Assembly (NCBI GenBank): GCA_964016885.1
Contig: OZ024743.1
Span: 69,440,001 to 69,504,000 of the forward strand
Length of the DNA: 64,000 nt
Direction: 5' to 3'
From: Eledone cirrhosa
Taxonomy: Eukaryota
Of this stretch, positions 44,420-57,939 are shown in pieces. Numbering within the stretch: position 1 is the stretch's first letter; every line of letters starts with the position of its first letter. The notes below the pieces were generated by a model that worked only from the letters and a program-made list of their open reading frames with translations, was not told where the DNA came from and ran no database searches. The position numbers and the translations under genes are program-made.

Positions 44420-47400
44420 GGTAGTGGTGTGGTTCTGGTTATGTAGTGATGGTGGTGTGGTGGTTCTGGTAATGTAGTAGTGGTGGTGTGGAGGTTCTGG
44501 TAATGTAGTGGTGGTGGTGCGGTGGTTCTGGTAATGTAGTGGTGGTGTGGTGTGGTTCTAGTAATGTAGTGGTGGTGGTGAGGTCGTTCTGGTAATGTAG
44601 TTGTGATGGTGTGGTGGTTCTGGTAATGTAGTTGTGGTGGTGTGGTGGTTCTGGTAATGTAGTGGTGGTGGTGTGGTGGTTCTGGTAATGTAGTTGTGGT
44701 GGTGTGGTGGTTCTGGTAATGTAGTTGTGATGGTGTGGTGGTTCTGGTAATGTAGTTGTGGTGGTGTGGTGGTTCTGGTAATGTAGTGGTGGTGGTGTGG
44801 TGGTTCTAGTAATGTAGTTGTGATGGTGTGGTGGTGCTGGTAATGTAGTGGTGGTGGTGTGGTGGTGCTGGTAATGTAGTGGAGGTGGTGTGGTGGTTCT
44901 GGTAATGTAGTGGTGATGGTGTGGTGGTTCTGGTAATGTAGTGGTGATGGTGTGGTGGTTCTGGTAATGTAGTGGTGATGGTGTGGTGGTTCTGGTAATG
45001 TAGTGGTGGTGGTGTGGTGTGGTTCAGGTAATGTAGTGGTGATGGTGTGGTGGTTCTGGTAATGTAGTGGTGGTGGTGTGGTGGTTCTGGTAATGTAGTG
45101 GTGATGGTGTTTGTGGTTCTGGTAATGTAGTGGTGGTTGTGTGGTGGTTCTGGTAATGTAGTGGTGGTGGTGTGGTGGTTCAGGTAATGTAGTGGTGATG
45201 GTGTGGTGGCTCTGGTAATGTAGTGGTGATGGTGTGGTGGTTCTGGTAATGTAGTGGTGGTGGTGTGGTGGTTCTGGTAATGTAGTGGTGGTGGTGTGGT
45301 GGTTCTGGTAATGTAGTGGTGATGGTGTGGTGGTTCTGGTAATGTAGTGGTGGTGGTGTGGTGTTTCTGGTAATGTAGTTGTGGTGGTGTGGTGGTTCTG
45401 GTAATGTAGTGGTGGTGGTGTGGTGTGGTTCTGGTTATGTAGTGGAAGGTGTGGTGGTTCTGGTAATGTAGTGGTTCTGGTAATGTATTTTGTGATGGTG
45501 TGGTGGTTCTGGTAATGTAGTGGTGGTGGAGTGGTGGTTCTGGTAATGTAGTGGTGGTGGTGTGGTGGTTCTGGTAATGTAGCGGTGATGGTGTAGTGGT
45601 TCTGGTAATGTAGTGGTGATGGTGTGGTGGTTCTGGTAATGTAGTGATGGTGTGGTGGTTCTGGTAATGTAGTGGTGGTGGTGTGGTGGTTGTGGTAATG
45701 TAGTGGTGATGGTGTGGTGGTTCTGGTAATGTAGTGGTGATGGTGTGGTGGTTCTGGTAATGTAGTGGTGGTGGTGGTGTGGTGATTCTGGTAATGTAGT
45801 GTTGATGGTGTGGTGGTTATGGTAATGTAGTGGTGGTGGTGTGGTGGTTCTGGTAATATAGTGGTGATGGTGTGGTGTGGTTCTGGTATGTAGTGGTGAT
45901 GGTGTGGTGGTTCTGGTAATGTAGTGGTGATGGTGTGGTGGTTCTGGTAATGTAGTGGTGATGGTGTGGTGGTTCTGGTAATGTAGTGGTGATGGTGTGG
46001 TGGTTCTGGTAATGTAGTGGTGGTGGTGTGATGTGGTTCAGGTAATGTAGTGGGGATGGTGTGGTGGTTCTGGTAATGTAGTGGTGGTGGTGTGGTGGTT
46101 CTGGTAATGTAGTGGTGATGGTGTTTGTGGTTCTGGTAATATAGTGGTGGTTGTGTGGTGGTTCTGGTAATGTAGTGGTGGTGGTGTGGTGGTTCAGGTA
46201 ATGTAGTGGTGATGGTGTGGTGGCTCTGGTAATGTAGTGGTGATGGTGTGGTGGTTCTGGTAATGTAGTGGTGGTGGTGTGGTTGTTCTGGTAATGTAGT
46301 GGTGGTGGTGTGGTGGTTCTGGTTATGTAGTGGTGATGGTGTGGTGGGTTCTGGTAATGTAGTGGTGGTGGTGTGGTGGTTCTGGTAATGTAGTGGTGAT
46401 GGTGTGGTGGTTCTGGTAATGTAGTGGTGGTGGTGTGCTTGTGGTAATGTAGTGGTGTTGGTGTGGTGTTTCTGGTAATGTAGTTGTGGTGGTGTGGTGG
46501 TTCTGGTAATGTAGTGGTGGTGGTGTGGTGTGGTTCTGGTTATGTAGTGGTGGTGTGGTGGTTCTGGTAATGTAGTGGTGGTGGTGTGGTGGTTCTGGTC
46601 ATGTAGTGGTGATGGTGTGGTGGTTCTGGTAATGTAGTGGTGGTGGTGGTGGTGTGGTTCTCCTAATGTAGTGGTGGTGCTGGTGTGGTTCTGGTAATGT
46701 AGTGGTGATGGTGTGGTTCTGGTAATGTAGTGGTGGTGGTGGTGTGGTTATGGTAATGTAGTGGTGGTGGTGTAGTGGTTCTGGTAATGTAGTGGTTGTT
46801 GTGTGGTGTGGTTCTGGTAATGTAGTGGTGGTGGTGTGGTGGTTCTGGTAATCGAGTGGTGGTGGTGTGGTGTGGTTCTGGTAATGTAGTGGTGGTGGTG
46901 TGGTGGTTCTGGTAATCGAGTGGTGGTGGTGTGGTGTGGTTCTGGTAATGTAGTGGTGGTGGTGGTGTGGTTCTGGTAATGTAGTGGTGGTGTGGTAGTT
47001 ATGGTAATATAGTGGTGGTGGTGTGGTGGTTCTGGTAATGTAGTGGTGGTGGTGTGGTGTGGATCTGGTAATGTAGTGATGGTGTGGTGGTTATGGTAAT
47101 GTAGTGTTTGGTGGTGTGGTGGTTCTGGTAATGTAGTGGTGGAAATGTGGTGGTTCTGGAAATGTAGTGGTGATGGTGTGGTGGTTCTGGTAATGTAGTG
47201 GTGGTGGTGGTGTGGTTCTGGTAATGTAGTGGTGGTGGTGGTGTGGTTCTGGTAATGTAGTGGTGGTGGTGTGGTGGTTCTGGTAATGTAGTGATGGTGT
47301 GGTGGTTCTGGTAATGTAGTGGTGATGGTGTGGTGGTTCTGGTAATGTAGTGGTGGTGGTGTGGTGGTTCTGGTAATGTAGTGGTGATGGTTCTGATGGT

Positions 47401-50400
47401 TCTGGTAATGTAGTGGTGGTGGTGTGGTGGTTCTGGTAATGTAGTGGTGATGGTGTGGTGTGGTTCTGGTAATGTACTGGTGGCGGTGTGGTGGTTCTGG
47501 TAATGTAGTGGTGAAGGTGTGGTGGTTCTGGTAATGTAGTGGTGGTGGTGTGGTGTGGTTCTGGTAATGTAGTGGTGGTGTGGTGGTTCTGGTAATATAG
47601 TGGTGGTGGTGTGGTGGTTCTGGTAATGTCGTGGTGGTTGTGTGGTGTGGATCTGGTAATGTAGTGATGGTGTGGTGGTTCTGGTAATGTAGTGGTGGTG
47701 GTGTGGTGGTTCTGGTAATGTAGTGGTGGTGGTGTGGTGGTTCTGGTGATGTAGTGGTGATGGTGTGGTGGTTCTGGTAATGTAGTGGGGGTAGTGGTGG
47801 TGTGGTTCTCCTAATGTAGTGGTGGTGCTGGTGTGGTTCTGGTAATGTAGTGGTGATGGTGTGGTTCTGGTAATGTAGTGGTGGTGGTGGTGTGGTTATG
47901 GTAATGTAGTGGTGGTGATGGTGTGGTGGTTCTGGTAATGTAGTGGTTGTTGTGTGGTGTGGTTCTGGTAATGTAGTGGTGGTGGTGTGGTGGTTCTGGT
48001 AATCGAGTGGTGGTGGTGTGGTGTGGTTCTGGTAATGTAGTGGTGGTGGTGTGGTGGTTCTGGTAATGTAGTGGTGATGGTGTGGTGTGGTTCTGGTAAT
48101 GTGCTGGTGTTGGTGTGGTGGGTCTGGTAATGTAGTGGTGGTGGTGGTGTGGTGGTTATGCTTATGTAGTGGTGATGGTGTGGTGGTTCTGGTTATGTAG
48201 TGGTGATGGTATGGTGGTTCTGGTAATGTAGTGGTGATGGTGTGATGGTTCTGGTAATGTAGTGGTGGTGGTGTGGTGGTTCTGGTAATCGAGTGGTGGT
48301 GGTGTGGTGTGGTTCTGGTAATGTAGTGGTGGTAGTGTGGTGGTTATGCTTATGTAGTGGTGAGGGTGTGGTGGTTCTGGTTATGTAGTGGTGATGCTGT
48401 GGTGGTTCTGGTAATTTAGTGGTGGTTGTGGTGTGGTTCTGGCAATGTAGTGGTTACGGTGTGGTGCATCTGGTAATGTAGTGGTGATGATGTGGTGTGG
48501 TTCTGGTTATGTAGTGGTGGTGATGGTATGGTGGTTCTGGTAATGTAGTGGTGATGGTGTGATGGTTCTGGTAATGTAGTGGTGGTGGTGTGGTGGTTCT
48601 GGTAATGTAGTGGTGATGGTGTGGTGTGGTTCTGGTAATGTACTGGTGGCGGTGTGGTGGTTCTGGTAATGTAGTGGTGAAGGTGTGGTGGTTCTGGTAA
48701 TGTAGTGGTGGTGGTGTGGTGTGGTTCTGGTAATGTAGTGGTGGTGTGGTGGTTCTGGTAATATAGTGGTGGTGGTGTGGTGGTTCTGGAAATGTCGTGG
48801 TGGTTGTGTGGTGTGGATCTGGTAATGTAGTGATGGTGTGGTGGTTCTGGTAATGTAGTGGTGGTGATGTGGTGGTTCTGGTAATTTAGTGGTGGTGGTG
48901 TGGTGGTTCAGGTAATGTAGTGGTGGTGGTGTGGTGGTCCTGGTAATGTAGTGGTGATCGTGTGGTGTGGTTCTGGTAAGGTAGTGGTGGTGGTGTGGTG
49001 GTTCTGGTAATGCAGAGGTGGTGGTGTGGTGGTTCTGGTAATGTAGTGGTGATGGTGTGGTGGTTCTGGTAATGTAGTGGTGGTGGTGGTGTGGTTCTGG
49101 TAATGAAGTGGTGGTGGTGTGGTGGTTCTGGTAATGTAGTGGTGGTGCTGTGGTGGTTCTGGTAATGTAGTGGTGGTGGTGTGGTGTGGTTCTGGTAATG
49201 TAGTGGTGGTGGCGTGGTGGTTCTGGTAATGTAGTGGTGGTGTTGCGGTGGTTCTGGTAATGTAGTGGTGGTGGTGTGGTGGATCTGGTAATGTAGTGGT
49301 GATGGTGTGGTGGTTCTGGTAATGTAGTGGTTGTGGTGTGGTGGTTCTGGTAATGTAGTGGTGGTGGTGTGGTGGTTATGCTTATGTAGTGGTGATGGTG
49401 TGGTGGTTCTGGTTATGTAGTTGTGATGGTGTGGTGGTTCTGGTAATGTAGTGGTTATGGTGTGGTGGTTCTGGTAATGTAGTTGTCGTGGTGTGGTGTG
49501 GTTCTGGTAATGTAGTGGTGGTGGTGTGGTAGTTCAGGTAATGTAGTGGTGATGGTGTGGTGGTTCTGGTAATGTAGTGGTGATGGTGTGGTGGTTCTGG
49601 TAATGTAGTGGTCTTGGTGTGGTGGTTCTGGTAATGTATTGGTTGTCGTGTGGTGGTTCTGGTAATGTAGTGGTGGTGGTGTGGTGGTTCTGGTAATGTA
49701 GTGGTGTTGGTGTGGTGGTTTTGGTAATGTAGTGGTGTTGGTGTGGTGGTTCTGGTAATGTAGTGGTGTTGGTGTGGTGGTTTTTGTAATGTAGTGGTGT
49801 TGGTGTGGTGGTTCAGGTAATGTAGTAGTGGTGGTGTGGTGGTTCAGGTAATGTAGTAGTGGTGGTGTGGTGGTTCTGGTAATGTAGTGGTGATGATGTG
49901 CTGGTTCTGGTAATGTAGTGGTGGTGGTGTGATGGTTCTGGTAATGTAGTGGTGGTGGTGTGGTGGTTCTGGTAATGTAGTGGTGATGGTGTAGTGGTCC
50001 TGGTAAAGTAGTGGTGATGGTGTGGTGGTTCTGGTAATGTAGTGGTGGTGGTGTGGTGGTTCAGGTAATGTAGTAGTGGTGGTGTGGTGGTTCTGGTAAT
50101 GTAGTGGTGGTGGTGGTGTGGTGTGCTTCTGGTAATGTAGTGGTGATGGTGTGGTGTGGTTCTGGTAATGTAGTGGTGATGGTTTGGTGGTTCTGGTTAT
50201 GTAGTGGTGATGGTGTGGTGTGGTTCTGGTAATGTAGTGGTTTTGGTGTGGTGGTTCTGGTAATGTATTGGTGGTGGTGTGGTGGTTCTGGTAATGTAGT
50301 GGTGATGGTGTGGTGGTTCTGGTTATGTAGTGGTGATGGTGTGGTGGTTCTGGTAATGTAGTGGTGATGGTGTGGTGTGGTTCTGGTAATGTAGTGGTGG

Positions 50401-52785
50401 TGGTGTGGTGTGTTCTGGTAATGTAGTGGTGATGGTGTGGTGGTTCTGGCAATGTAGTGGTGATGGTTTGGTGGTTCTGGTAATGTACTGGTGGTGGTGT
50501 GGTGTTTCTGGTAATGTAGTGGTGGTGGTGTGGTGGTTCTGGAAATGTCGTGGTGGTTGTGTGGTGTGGATCTGGTAATGTAGTGATGGTGTGGTGGTTC
50601 TGGTAATGTAGTGGTGGTGATGTGGTGGTTCTGGTAATTTAGTGGTGGTGGTGTGGTGGTTCAGGTAATGTAGTGGTGGTGGTGTGGTGGTCCTGGTAAT
50701 GTAGTGGTGATCGTGTGGTGTGGTTCTGGTAAGGTAGTGGTGGTGGTGTGGTGGTTCTGGTAATGGAGAGGTGGTGGTGTGGTGGTTCTGGTAATGTAGT
50801 GGTGATGGTGTGGTGGTTCTGGTAATGTAGTGGTGGTGGTGGTGTGGTTCTGGTAATGAAGTGGTGGTGGTGTGGTGGTTCTGGTAATGTAGTGGTGGTG
50901 TTGTGGTGGTTCTGGTAATGTAGTGGTGGTGGTGTGGTGTGGTTCTGGTAATGTAGTGGTGGTGGCGTGGTGGTTCTGGTAATGTAGTGGTGGTGTTGCG
51001 GTGGTTCTGGTAATGTAGTGGTGGTGGTGTGGTGGATCTGGTAATGTAGTGGTGATGGTGTGGTGGTTCTGGTAATGTAGTGGTTGTGGTGTGGTGGTTC
51101 TGGTAATGTAGTGGTGGTGGTGTGGTGGTTATGCTTATGTAGTGGTGATGGTGTGGTGGTTCTGGTTATGTAGTTGTGATGGTGTGGTGGTTCTGGTAAT
51201 GTAGTGGTTATGGTGTGGTGGTTCTGGTAATGTAGTTGTCGTGGTGTGGTGTGGTTCTGGTAATGTAGTGTTGGTGGTGTGGTAGTTCAGGTAATGTAGT
51301 GGTGATGGTGTGGTGGTTCTGGTAATGTAGTGGTGATGGTGTGGTGGTTCTGGTAATGTAGTGGTCTTGGTGTGGTGGTTCTGTTAATGTATTGGTTGTC
51401 GTGTGGTGGTTCTGGTAATGTAGTGGTGGTGGTGTGGTGGTTCTGGTAATGTAGTGGTGTTGGTGTGGTGGTTTTGGTAATGTAGTGGTGTTGGTGTGGT
51501 GGTTCTGGTAATGTAGTGGTGTTGGTGTGGTGGTTTTTGTAATGTAGTGGTGTTGGTGTGGTGGTTCAGGTAATGTAGTAGTGGTGGTGTGGTGGTTCAG
51601 GTAATGTAGTAGTGGTGGTGTGGTGGTTCTGGTAATGTAGTGGTGATGATGTGCTGGTTCTGGTAATGTAGTGGTGGTGGTGTGATGGTTCTGGTAATGT
51701 AGTGGTGGTGGTGTGGTGGTTCTGGTAATGTAGTGGTGATGGTGTAGTGGTCCTGGTAAAGTAGTGGTGATGGTGTGGTGGTTCTGGTAATGTAGTGGTG
51801 GTGGTGTGGTGGTTCAGGTAATGTAGTAGTGGTGGTGTGGTGGTTCTGGTAATGTAGTGGTGGTGGTGGTGTGGTGTGCTTCTGGTAATGTAGTGGTGAT
51901 GGTGTGGTGTGGTTCTGGTAATGTAGTGGTGATGGTTTGGTGGTTCTGGTTATGTAGTGGTGATGGTGTGGTGGTTCTGGTAATGCAGTGGTGATGGTGT
52001 GGTGTGGTTCTGGTAATGTAGTGGTTTTGGTGTGGTGGTTCTGGTAATGTATTGGTGGTGGTGTGGTGGTTCTGGTAATGTAGTGGTGATGGTGTGGTGG
52101 TTCTGGTTATGTAGTGGTGATGGTGTGGTGGTTCTGGTAATGTAGTGGTGATGGTGTGGTGTGGTTCTGGTAATGTAGTGGTGGTGGTGTGGTGTGTTCT
52201 GGTAATGTAGTGGTGATGGTGTGGTGGTTCTGGTAATGTAGTGGTGATGGTTTGGTGGTTCTGGTAATGTACTGGTGGTGGTGTGGTGTTTCTGGTAATG
52301 TAGTGGTGATGGTGTGGTGATTCTGGTAATGTAGTGGTGATGGTTTGGTGGTTCTGGTAATGTAGTGGTGGTGGTGTGGTGTTTCTGGTAATGTAGTGGT
52401 GATGGTGTGGTGATTCTGTTAATGTAGTGGTGATGTTGTGGTGGTTCTGGTAATGTAGTGGTGGTGGTGGTGGTGTGGTTCTGGTAATGAAGTGGTGGTG
52501 GTGTGGTGGTTCTGGTAATGTAGTGGTGGTGCTCTGGTGGTTCTGGTAATGTAGTGGTGGTGGTGTGGTGTGGTTCTGGTAATGTAGTTGTGGTGGCGTG
52601 TTGGTTCTGGTAATGTAGTGGTGGTGTTGTGGTGGTTCTGGTAATGTAGTGTTGGTGGTGTGGTGGTTCTGGTAATGTAGTGGTGGTGGTGTGGTGGTTC
52701 TGGTAATGTAGTTTTGGTGGTGTAGTGGTTCTGGTAATGTAGTGGTGGTGGTGTGGTGGTTCTGGTAATGTAGAGGTGATGGTAT
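44420..52785. repeat. ~8.3-kb 31-bp minisatellite (GGTTCTGGTAATGTAGTGGTGGTGGTGTGGT)n with higher-order duplications
   Basis: GGTTC at 44647 and 44678. Diagnostic variants recur at a 1753-bp offset. Confidence 0.97.
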
Positions 52786-53109
52786 GTTGATTGTAAGAAG
52801 GGATGTTGTTGGGGATGTTTTGGAAAAGAGACATTGAACTCTTTAGTGTTAAGAGTACATGGCAGTATGTAGATATAAAGATGATGTAAGAGTACATGAC
52901 AGTATGTAGCTATATGTATGTATGCAAAAATACATTGTAGTATGTAGATATGTGTATGTATGTGTACATTGAAGCATGTAGATATAAACATGTTTGTATG
53001 AGTCCTTTGCCGTATGTAGATATATGTTTCCATTGCTATATGTAACGGTATGTGAGTATGTAAATGTGTGTATGTGCGTATGTATGTGTGTGTGTGTGTA
53101 TGTGTGTGT

Positions 53110-53194
<85 letters not shown>

Positions 53195-53309
53195 TGTGTG
53201 TGAATGAGTGTATGTATTTATACATATATGTGTTCGTACGTATAAATAGATATGACCTCAGACTATCTGACATGCGCGCAACTCTCACATGCTTATAAAT
53301 ATATATATA

Positions 53310-53387
<78 letters not shown>

Positions 53388-53648
53388 TGTGTGAGAGTGT
53401 GTGTATGTATGTGTGTATGTGTGTGTGTCTTTGGGTGGGGGCGAGTGGGGGATATGTGTATGTACACACATATGAATATATATGAATGTGTACGTAAAAA
53501 TAGATATGCTGTTATATGTATATGCGCTCATACATTCACACGCTCATATACAGACCCAGTCACAAACACATATATAAATATATAATCAGCTCCTGATTAT
53601 CACTGGAATTCTATAAGAATCCAGCTACTTTAATTTTTGGCGGAATAT

Positions 53649-53716
<68 letters not shown>

Positions 53717-53871
53717 AAAGAATAGAGGTGTAACACACAAGTTATTATATATTGGTAAACGGAATAGAAAATGCTGACAAATTGTTCACAGTTGAAAAAT
53801 GTTTTAATTAGGAATAAAAGAGTATTAGTGATTGTATGGGTTAGTATGCAGTTGTGGTTTGAAGTTTTGAA

Positions 53872-53912
53872 GTTTTTACCGGTTGCGCATTTCTAAATGC
53901 TTTTCACAAATA
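53872..53912 (-). ncRNA. Decayed HHR in the PLE 3' UTR
   Basis: TTT-GTGAAAA-GCATTT-ag-AAATGC-GCAAC-CG-GTA-AAA. It has two core deviations relative to the family G variant. Confidence 0.5.
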
Positions 53913-54241
53913 ATTTTGAGATAGAGTGTCCGTGTTGTTTGCTCTGATCTGATTAGTTTGGGGAATTCTACCTGTTTTTATGTTAAAAAAGTGGCTCCAG
54001 CGCTAATTTGGTGTTGCAAAAATTCTTGTGGTCAAAACAATTTTGATTGGTCGGTAGAGGTCATGTGAATGTAAAAAATTGATTTTGCGCCAAGACTGTT
54101 TTTATGTTAAAAAAGTGGCTCCAGCGCTACTTGGGTTTGCAAAAATTCTTGTGGTCAAAACAATTTTGATTGGTCGGTAGAGGTCATGTGAATAAAAAAT
54201 TGGTTTTGCGCCAAGATTGAGAAATGACTCATTCACAACAA

Positions 54242-54289
<48 letters not shown>

Positions 54290-54357
54290 TAGTAGTAAGG
54301 TGTTCGATGTTGTGATAATGGTTAGCAGGGATGTGTGTCAAATGGCTATTATGATAA

Positions 54358-54390
<33 letters not shown>

Positions 54391-54736
54391 TATAGCAGAG
54401 TAATTCGTGGTAGCAGGGATGGTCAGTAAGAATGTGTCTGTAAGAATGGGGGGGTATTTTAGCATGTCAAAAGATATTTTTCAGCTTTTGTCTTATACGG
54501 AGAAGTGCGTGTGTGTGTGTATAAGTCTCTTTGTATGTTAATGTACGCGTGTGTATGTGTGTGTGTATATATGTGTGTGTGTGTGTGTGGGTGGACCAGT
54601 ATTGTTTCCCCCTGGTAAAATGGTGTACATTATTCGATTTTTTCAGTAAAATCGGTTCCCTTAATAGAACATCAAAAATCTTAACAATAAAAGGTGTGAA
54701 ATGATATTCACTATATATATATACACATACATATAT

Positions 54737-54780
<44 letters not shown>

Positions 54781-54898
54781 TTTTTTTGTGTTGCACCATA
54801 GAGCATGTGTGTTTACGTATGTTATTGTGTTTATATGTGGGTAGAGATGTGCGCTGATGTAGGTATGTACGTTGACGTGTATATGTTGTGGGTTCGTC

Positions 54899-55870
54899 TT
54901 AGGGAGAAGTGTTTAGACGGGGTCCGTATTTGTTAATGAAGTAAGATTCCTTGCTGATGCGCTGGGTGTGGGTGGCATTATCTTTAAATTTGTAGAGGGG
55001 AAAGATTCTGAAGTTGGGATGATTTTGGGCGGCACAGGTATCAATGTGTTCACTCAGTTGTATTTTCCTGTATTCCCGTATTTTAATTTGGGATCTATGG
55101 ACAGTCATGCGTTGGCGGAGGCTGTTTTTGGTCTGGCCTATGTATTGTTCTCGACAACCTGAGCAAGTTAATACATATATTAAATTTCCCGATGCACATG
55201 TGAAATTGTGTTTTACTATAAAACGTTGTCCTTCTTTGAAATAGAATTCCGAACCCTCTATTAGGTTGATGCAAATGCCACAGTTGGGTCTATTGCATTT
55301 TTTTACTGTGGGTTTCGTTGTTGTGGTTGGCAGTACTTTGGCATGTGTTAGGATGTTTTTCATTGACTTGGATTGTCTTTTGCTCTTTATGATATCGTGT
55401 GTTCGTAGGATTTGGTTCATTCTATGGTCCTTTTTCAACACAGGGATGTTCTGGAGGATGGTGTCAAAGGCCTCATTGTTGAGGGGGTTGTGTGTGGAGA
55501 TGTATGGAAGAGCTTTTAGTTTCGGTTGATTTATTTTAGGGTGTCTAAGGTCCTGGGTACTGAGTTTTAGGGCACGTTGGATTCCATTGTCAAATAGTGA
55601 TGCAGGGTAGTCCCTGCCTATGAGTGTGTCCTTTAGTTCTTGTAGCCGTAAGTAGCAGATGTTTTTATTGGAGACTATAGTACAGATTCTCTTGGCTAAG
55701 TTGTAGGGAATATTAATTTTAACGTGTCTAGGGTGGCAAGAGTTGAAAGGGAGATATTGATTGGAGTCTGTGGGCTTGTAGTATATGTCTGTTTCTATTT
55801 TTTTTGTTATGGATCTTAATGAGGATGTCGAGGAAGGGGAGTTGTTGATGGCCGTATTCCATTGTGTAGT
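54899..55870 (-). pseudogene. PLE polyprotein C-terminus: RT domain 7/thumb, Cys linker, GIY-YIG endonuclease; one frameshift in a homopolymer near 55800
   Basis: TMEYGHQQLPFLDILI / IETDIYYKPTDSNQYLPFNSCHPRH..IPYNLAKRICTIVS..CNRPNCGIC..FTCASGNLIYVLTCSGCREQYIGQT..RQRMTVH..LSEH..ESYFI..LN. Stop-free for ~300 codons (54899-~55805). Confidence 0.93.
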
Positions 55871-56518
55871 TAAATAATAATATTTTTTTTGACGTTATAT
55901 ATTTTTTCTTCCTTGAATTTTCTTCTTTCTTCACTCCTTCCCTATTACAATACAGAGAAACAAACTTGGACCCTAAATAATTCCTCTAAGTTCATAATTC
56001 ATTTAACCTTTTCTTCATTCACCTTATCTACTTAATATTTTGTAGTTTAATAATACATTTTAATAAATTCCTTTTCGCACATATTATTAAACCCTTCAAT
56101 ATATAAATAAATAGTATTCTTAATTCCTTTTTCTTTAATCATAAGCATCACCATTCATAAACCTCATTAACTTTTAATTTCAAAATTGTTTTTAATTATG
56201 TATTATCTTACAACGGTTTTTAAAAATGTATCTCTGTGAGACAGTGTTTCTCTGTATTAAAGGTAATCTCTCTCTCTCTCTCACTCATTTTCTCCTCCTC
56301 TCTCATCCTTGCTTCTTATACTCCTCCTCCGTCATCCTTTCCTTATTATTATATATTTGTTTCTTATTATATTCTTTCTTCCTCTTCCTTACGTTTTCCT
56401 TCCACCCTTCCTTTTCTTTTTTCACAATCTCATATATCCATCTTATTTTATTTTTCATATATTGATTTAACACGTCACTGCTCGCAAGTGTTTTTTAAGC
56501 TTCATATCATGTCTCTCT

Positions 56519-56587
56519 ATTTTATCTGATGAGAACGCAAATATCACCCTATGATGATATTTGTTTTTGAAATGCGCATAATAAAAT
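56519..56587 (+). ncRNA. Type-I HHR with canonical core
   Basis: ATTTTAT-CTGATGA-GAA.GCAAATATCA..TGATATTTGT.TTT-GAAA-TGCGC-ATA-ATAAAAT. It has a 7-bp stem I and palindromic ATGCGCAT stem III. Confidence 0.82.
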
Positions 56588-57895
56588 ACATGGAACACTT
56601 TTAACCATCTTTTGATTTTATATTATTTATACTCCAGTCCTATACACTGTTGAGTGCTACTTATCCGAGATTTGCACTGCTTTATTGTGCTACAATAAAA
56701 CTCACCTCCTACATATATAGATATAACGAAGGAAATGTGGTAAGAAACCAGATGAACCATAACGCACCAAAGTACTCAATACTTAGGGTAGTAGAGTGGG
56801 TAATAGGAACAAGTATGGCCCCGACGGCAATTCTGGACTAAATAAGAATTTTTAGCCTGGTAAATAAATAGGTGAACTTCTCAGGGGGTAATTCCTTATA
56901 TGGGAAGATATTAATTGTCAAAAGGATTGGTCAAAAATTTGTTGTAATGACAGATGATTCTATCATGGCATTTGGTGGGAGGTAGGGGTAGCTGAACTTG
57001 CTGGTAGAACAAAGAGGGAGAGGGGGAAACCCAGTCAAGCGTTGAAAGTGAAATCTATACAGCAGATTCTAAGGATAGTGTATAGAAGGTCGAAAAACGT
57101 GTACTGGAGAAGGGGAGTGCGGGGGAGTTGAAAGAATAGGTAAATCGAAAGGGAGTAAACAAAAAAGCAATTATAAAAATAAGGAAATAAATATATAAAA
57201 AACAATTTCTGATTACTACTCCATCTCCACAATCACCAAATCTCTCATTGGTATTGCTACGCTATAGAACAGTTTAATAGGTGCAGAAAATACTAAATAC
57301 GAGATTGTAGTGAAAGAATTTTATAAAGCCGGCTTTACAGGGGGTCTAACACCACTGCTATAGTTAGGTAGTAATCAGCCAATGCTATCTTTAAATGACA
57401 GGTTAATAAGTTGAAAACAAAAATACTAAAATAATACTACAAAAATGCTAATGCGAAATATTAATTCATAATACTAATACAGAAATACTAATACAAGAAT
57501 AATAATACAAAAATACCACTAAGAAATTTAGAAATCACAGAAATGGAGCAGCAACCAGAAAGAAAACAATTTACTGGGGTCTAAGACATCTATAAAAAGA
57601 CAGCTATAAAAAGTGGAATTGGCCAATTCAATCTTAAAATTAGGGGGGTGGGGGTACTGAGGCTACAGAGGACCAATAGGCTGCATCGGGGTAGGCGAAA
57701 AGGTGAAAAAATGACAAGGAAAAGATCTGGGGTGGAAGGACTAGGAAAAGATGGGTGGAAGAAGGAAATATAGAGGAAAAGATAAAAAAGTTACGTCTAC
57801 CTTTGTAATAAGGTGGTACACCTTACAAAATCGGCAAGTCCAGAATTAGCCGTCGAAACGGCTTGAGCTCTGCCGTCGGGGTCATACTTGTTCCT

Positions 57896-57936
<41 letters not shown>

Positions 57937-57939
<3 letters not shown>

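Larger units (their letters stand above)
53712..55872 (-). mobile_element. 5'-truncated Penelope-like retroelement (Neptune-type) with ~1.2-kb 3' UTR ending in (TA)n
   Basis: Coding part described below. The UTR contains a 124-bp tandem duplication (53972/54096) and a decayed HHR at 53872-53912. UTR continuity with the ORF is inferred. Confidence 0.85.

Noticed and set aside
44420-52785. Telomeric array
   Set aside because: No TTAGGG runs, and the array is internal with ordinary flanks.
49844-53288. His/Thr/Pro-rich ORFs (LPEPPHHHHYITRTTT)
   Set aside because: They come from the 31-bp satellite. The unit is not a multiple of 3 and cycles through all frames.
54899-55805. Selenocysteine/SECIS-type (Naiad) PLE
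   Set aside because: There is no in-frame TGA, and the endonuclease is C-terminal rather than N-terminal.
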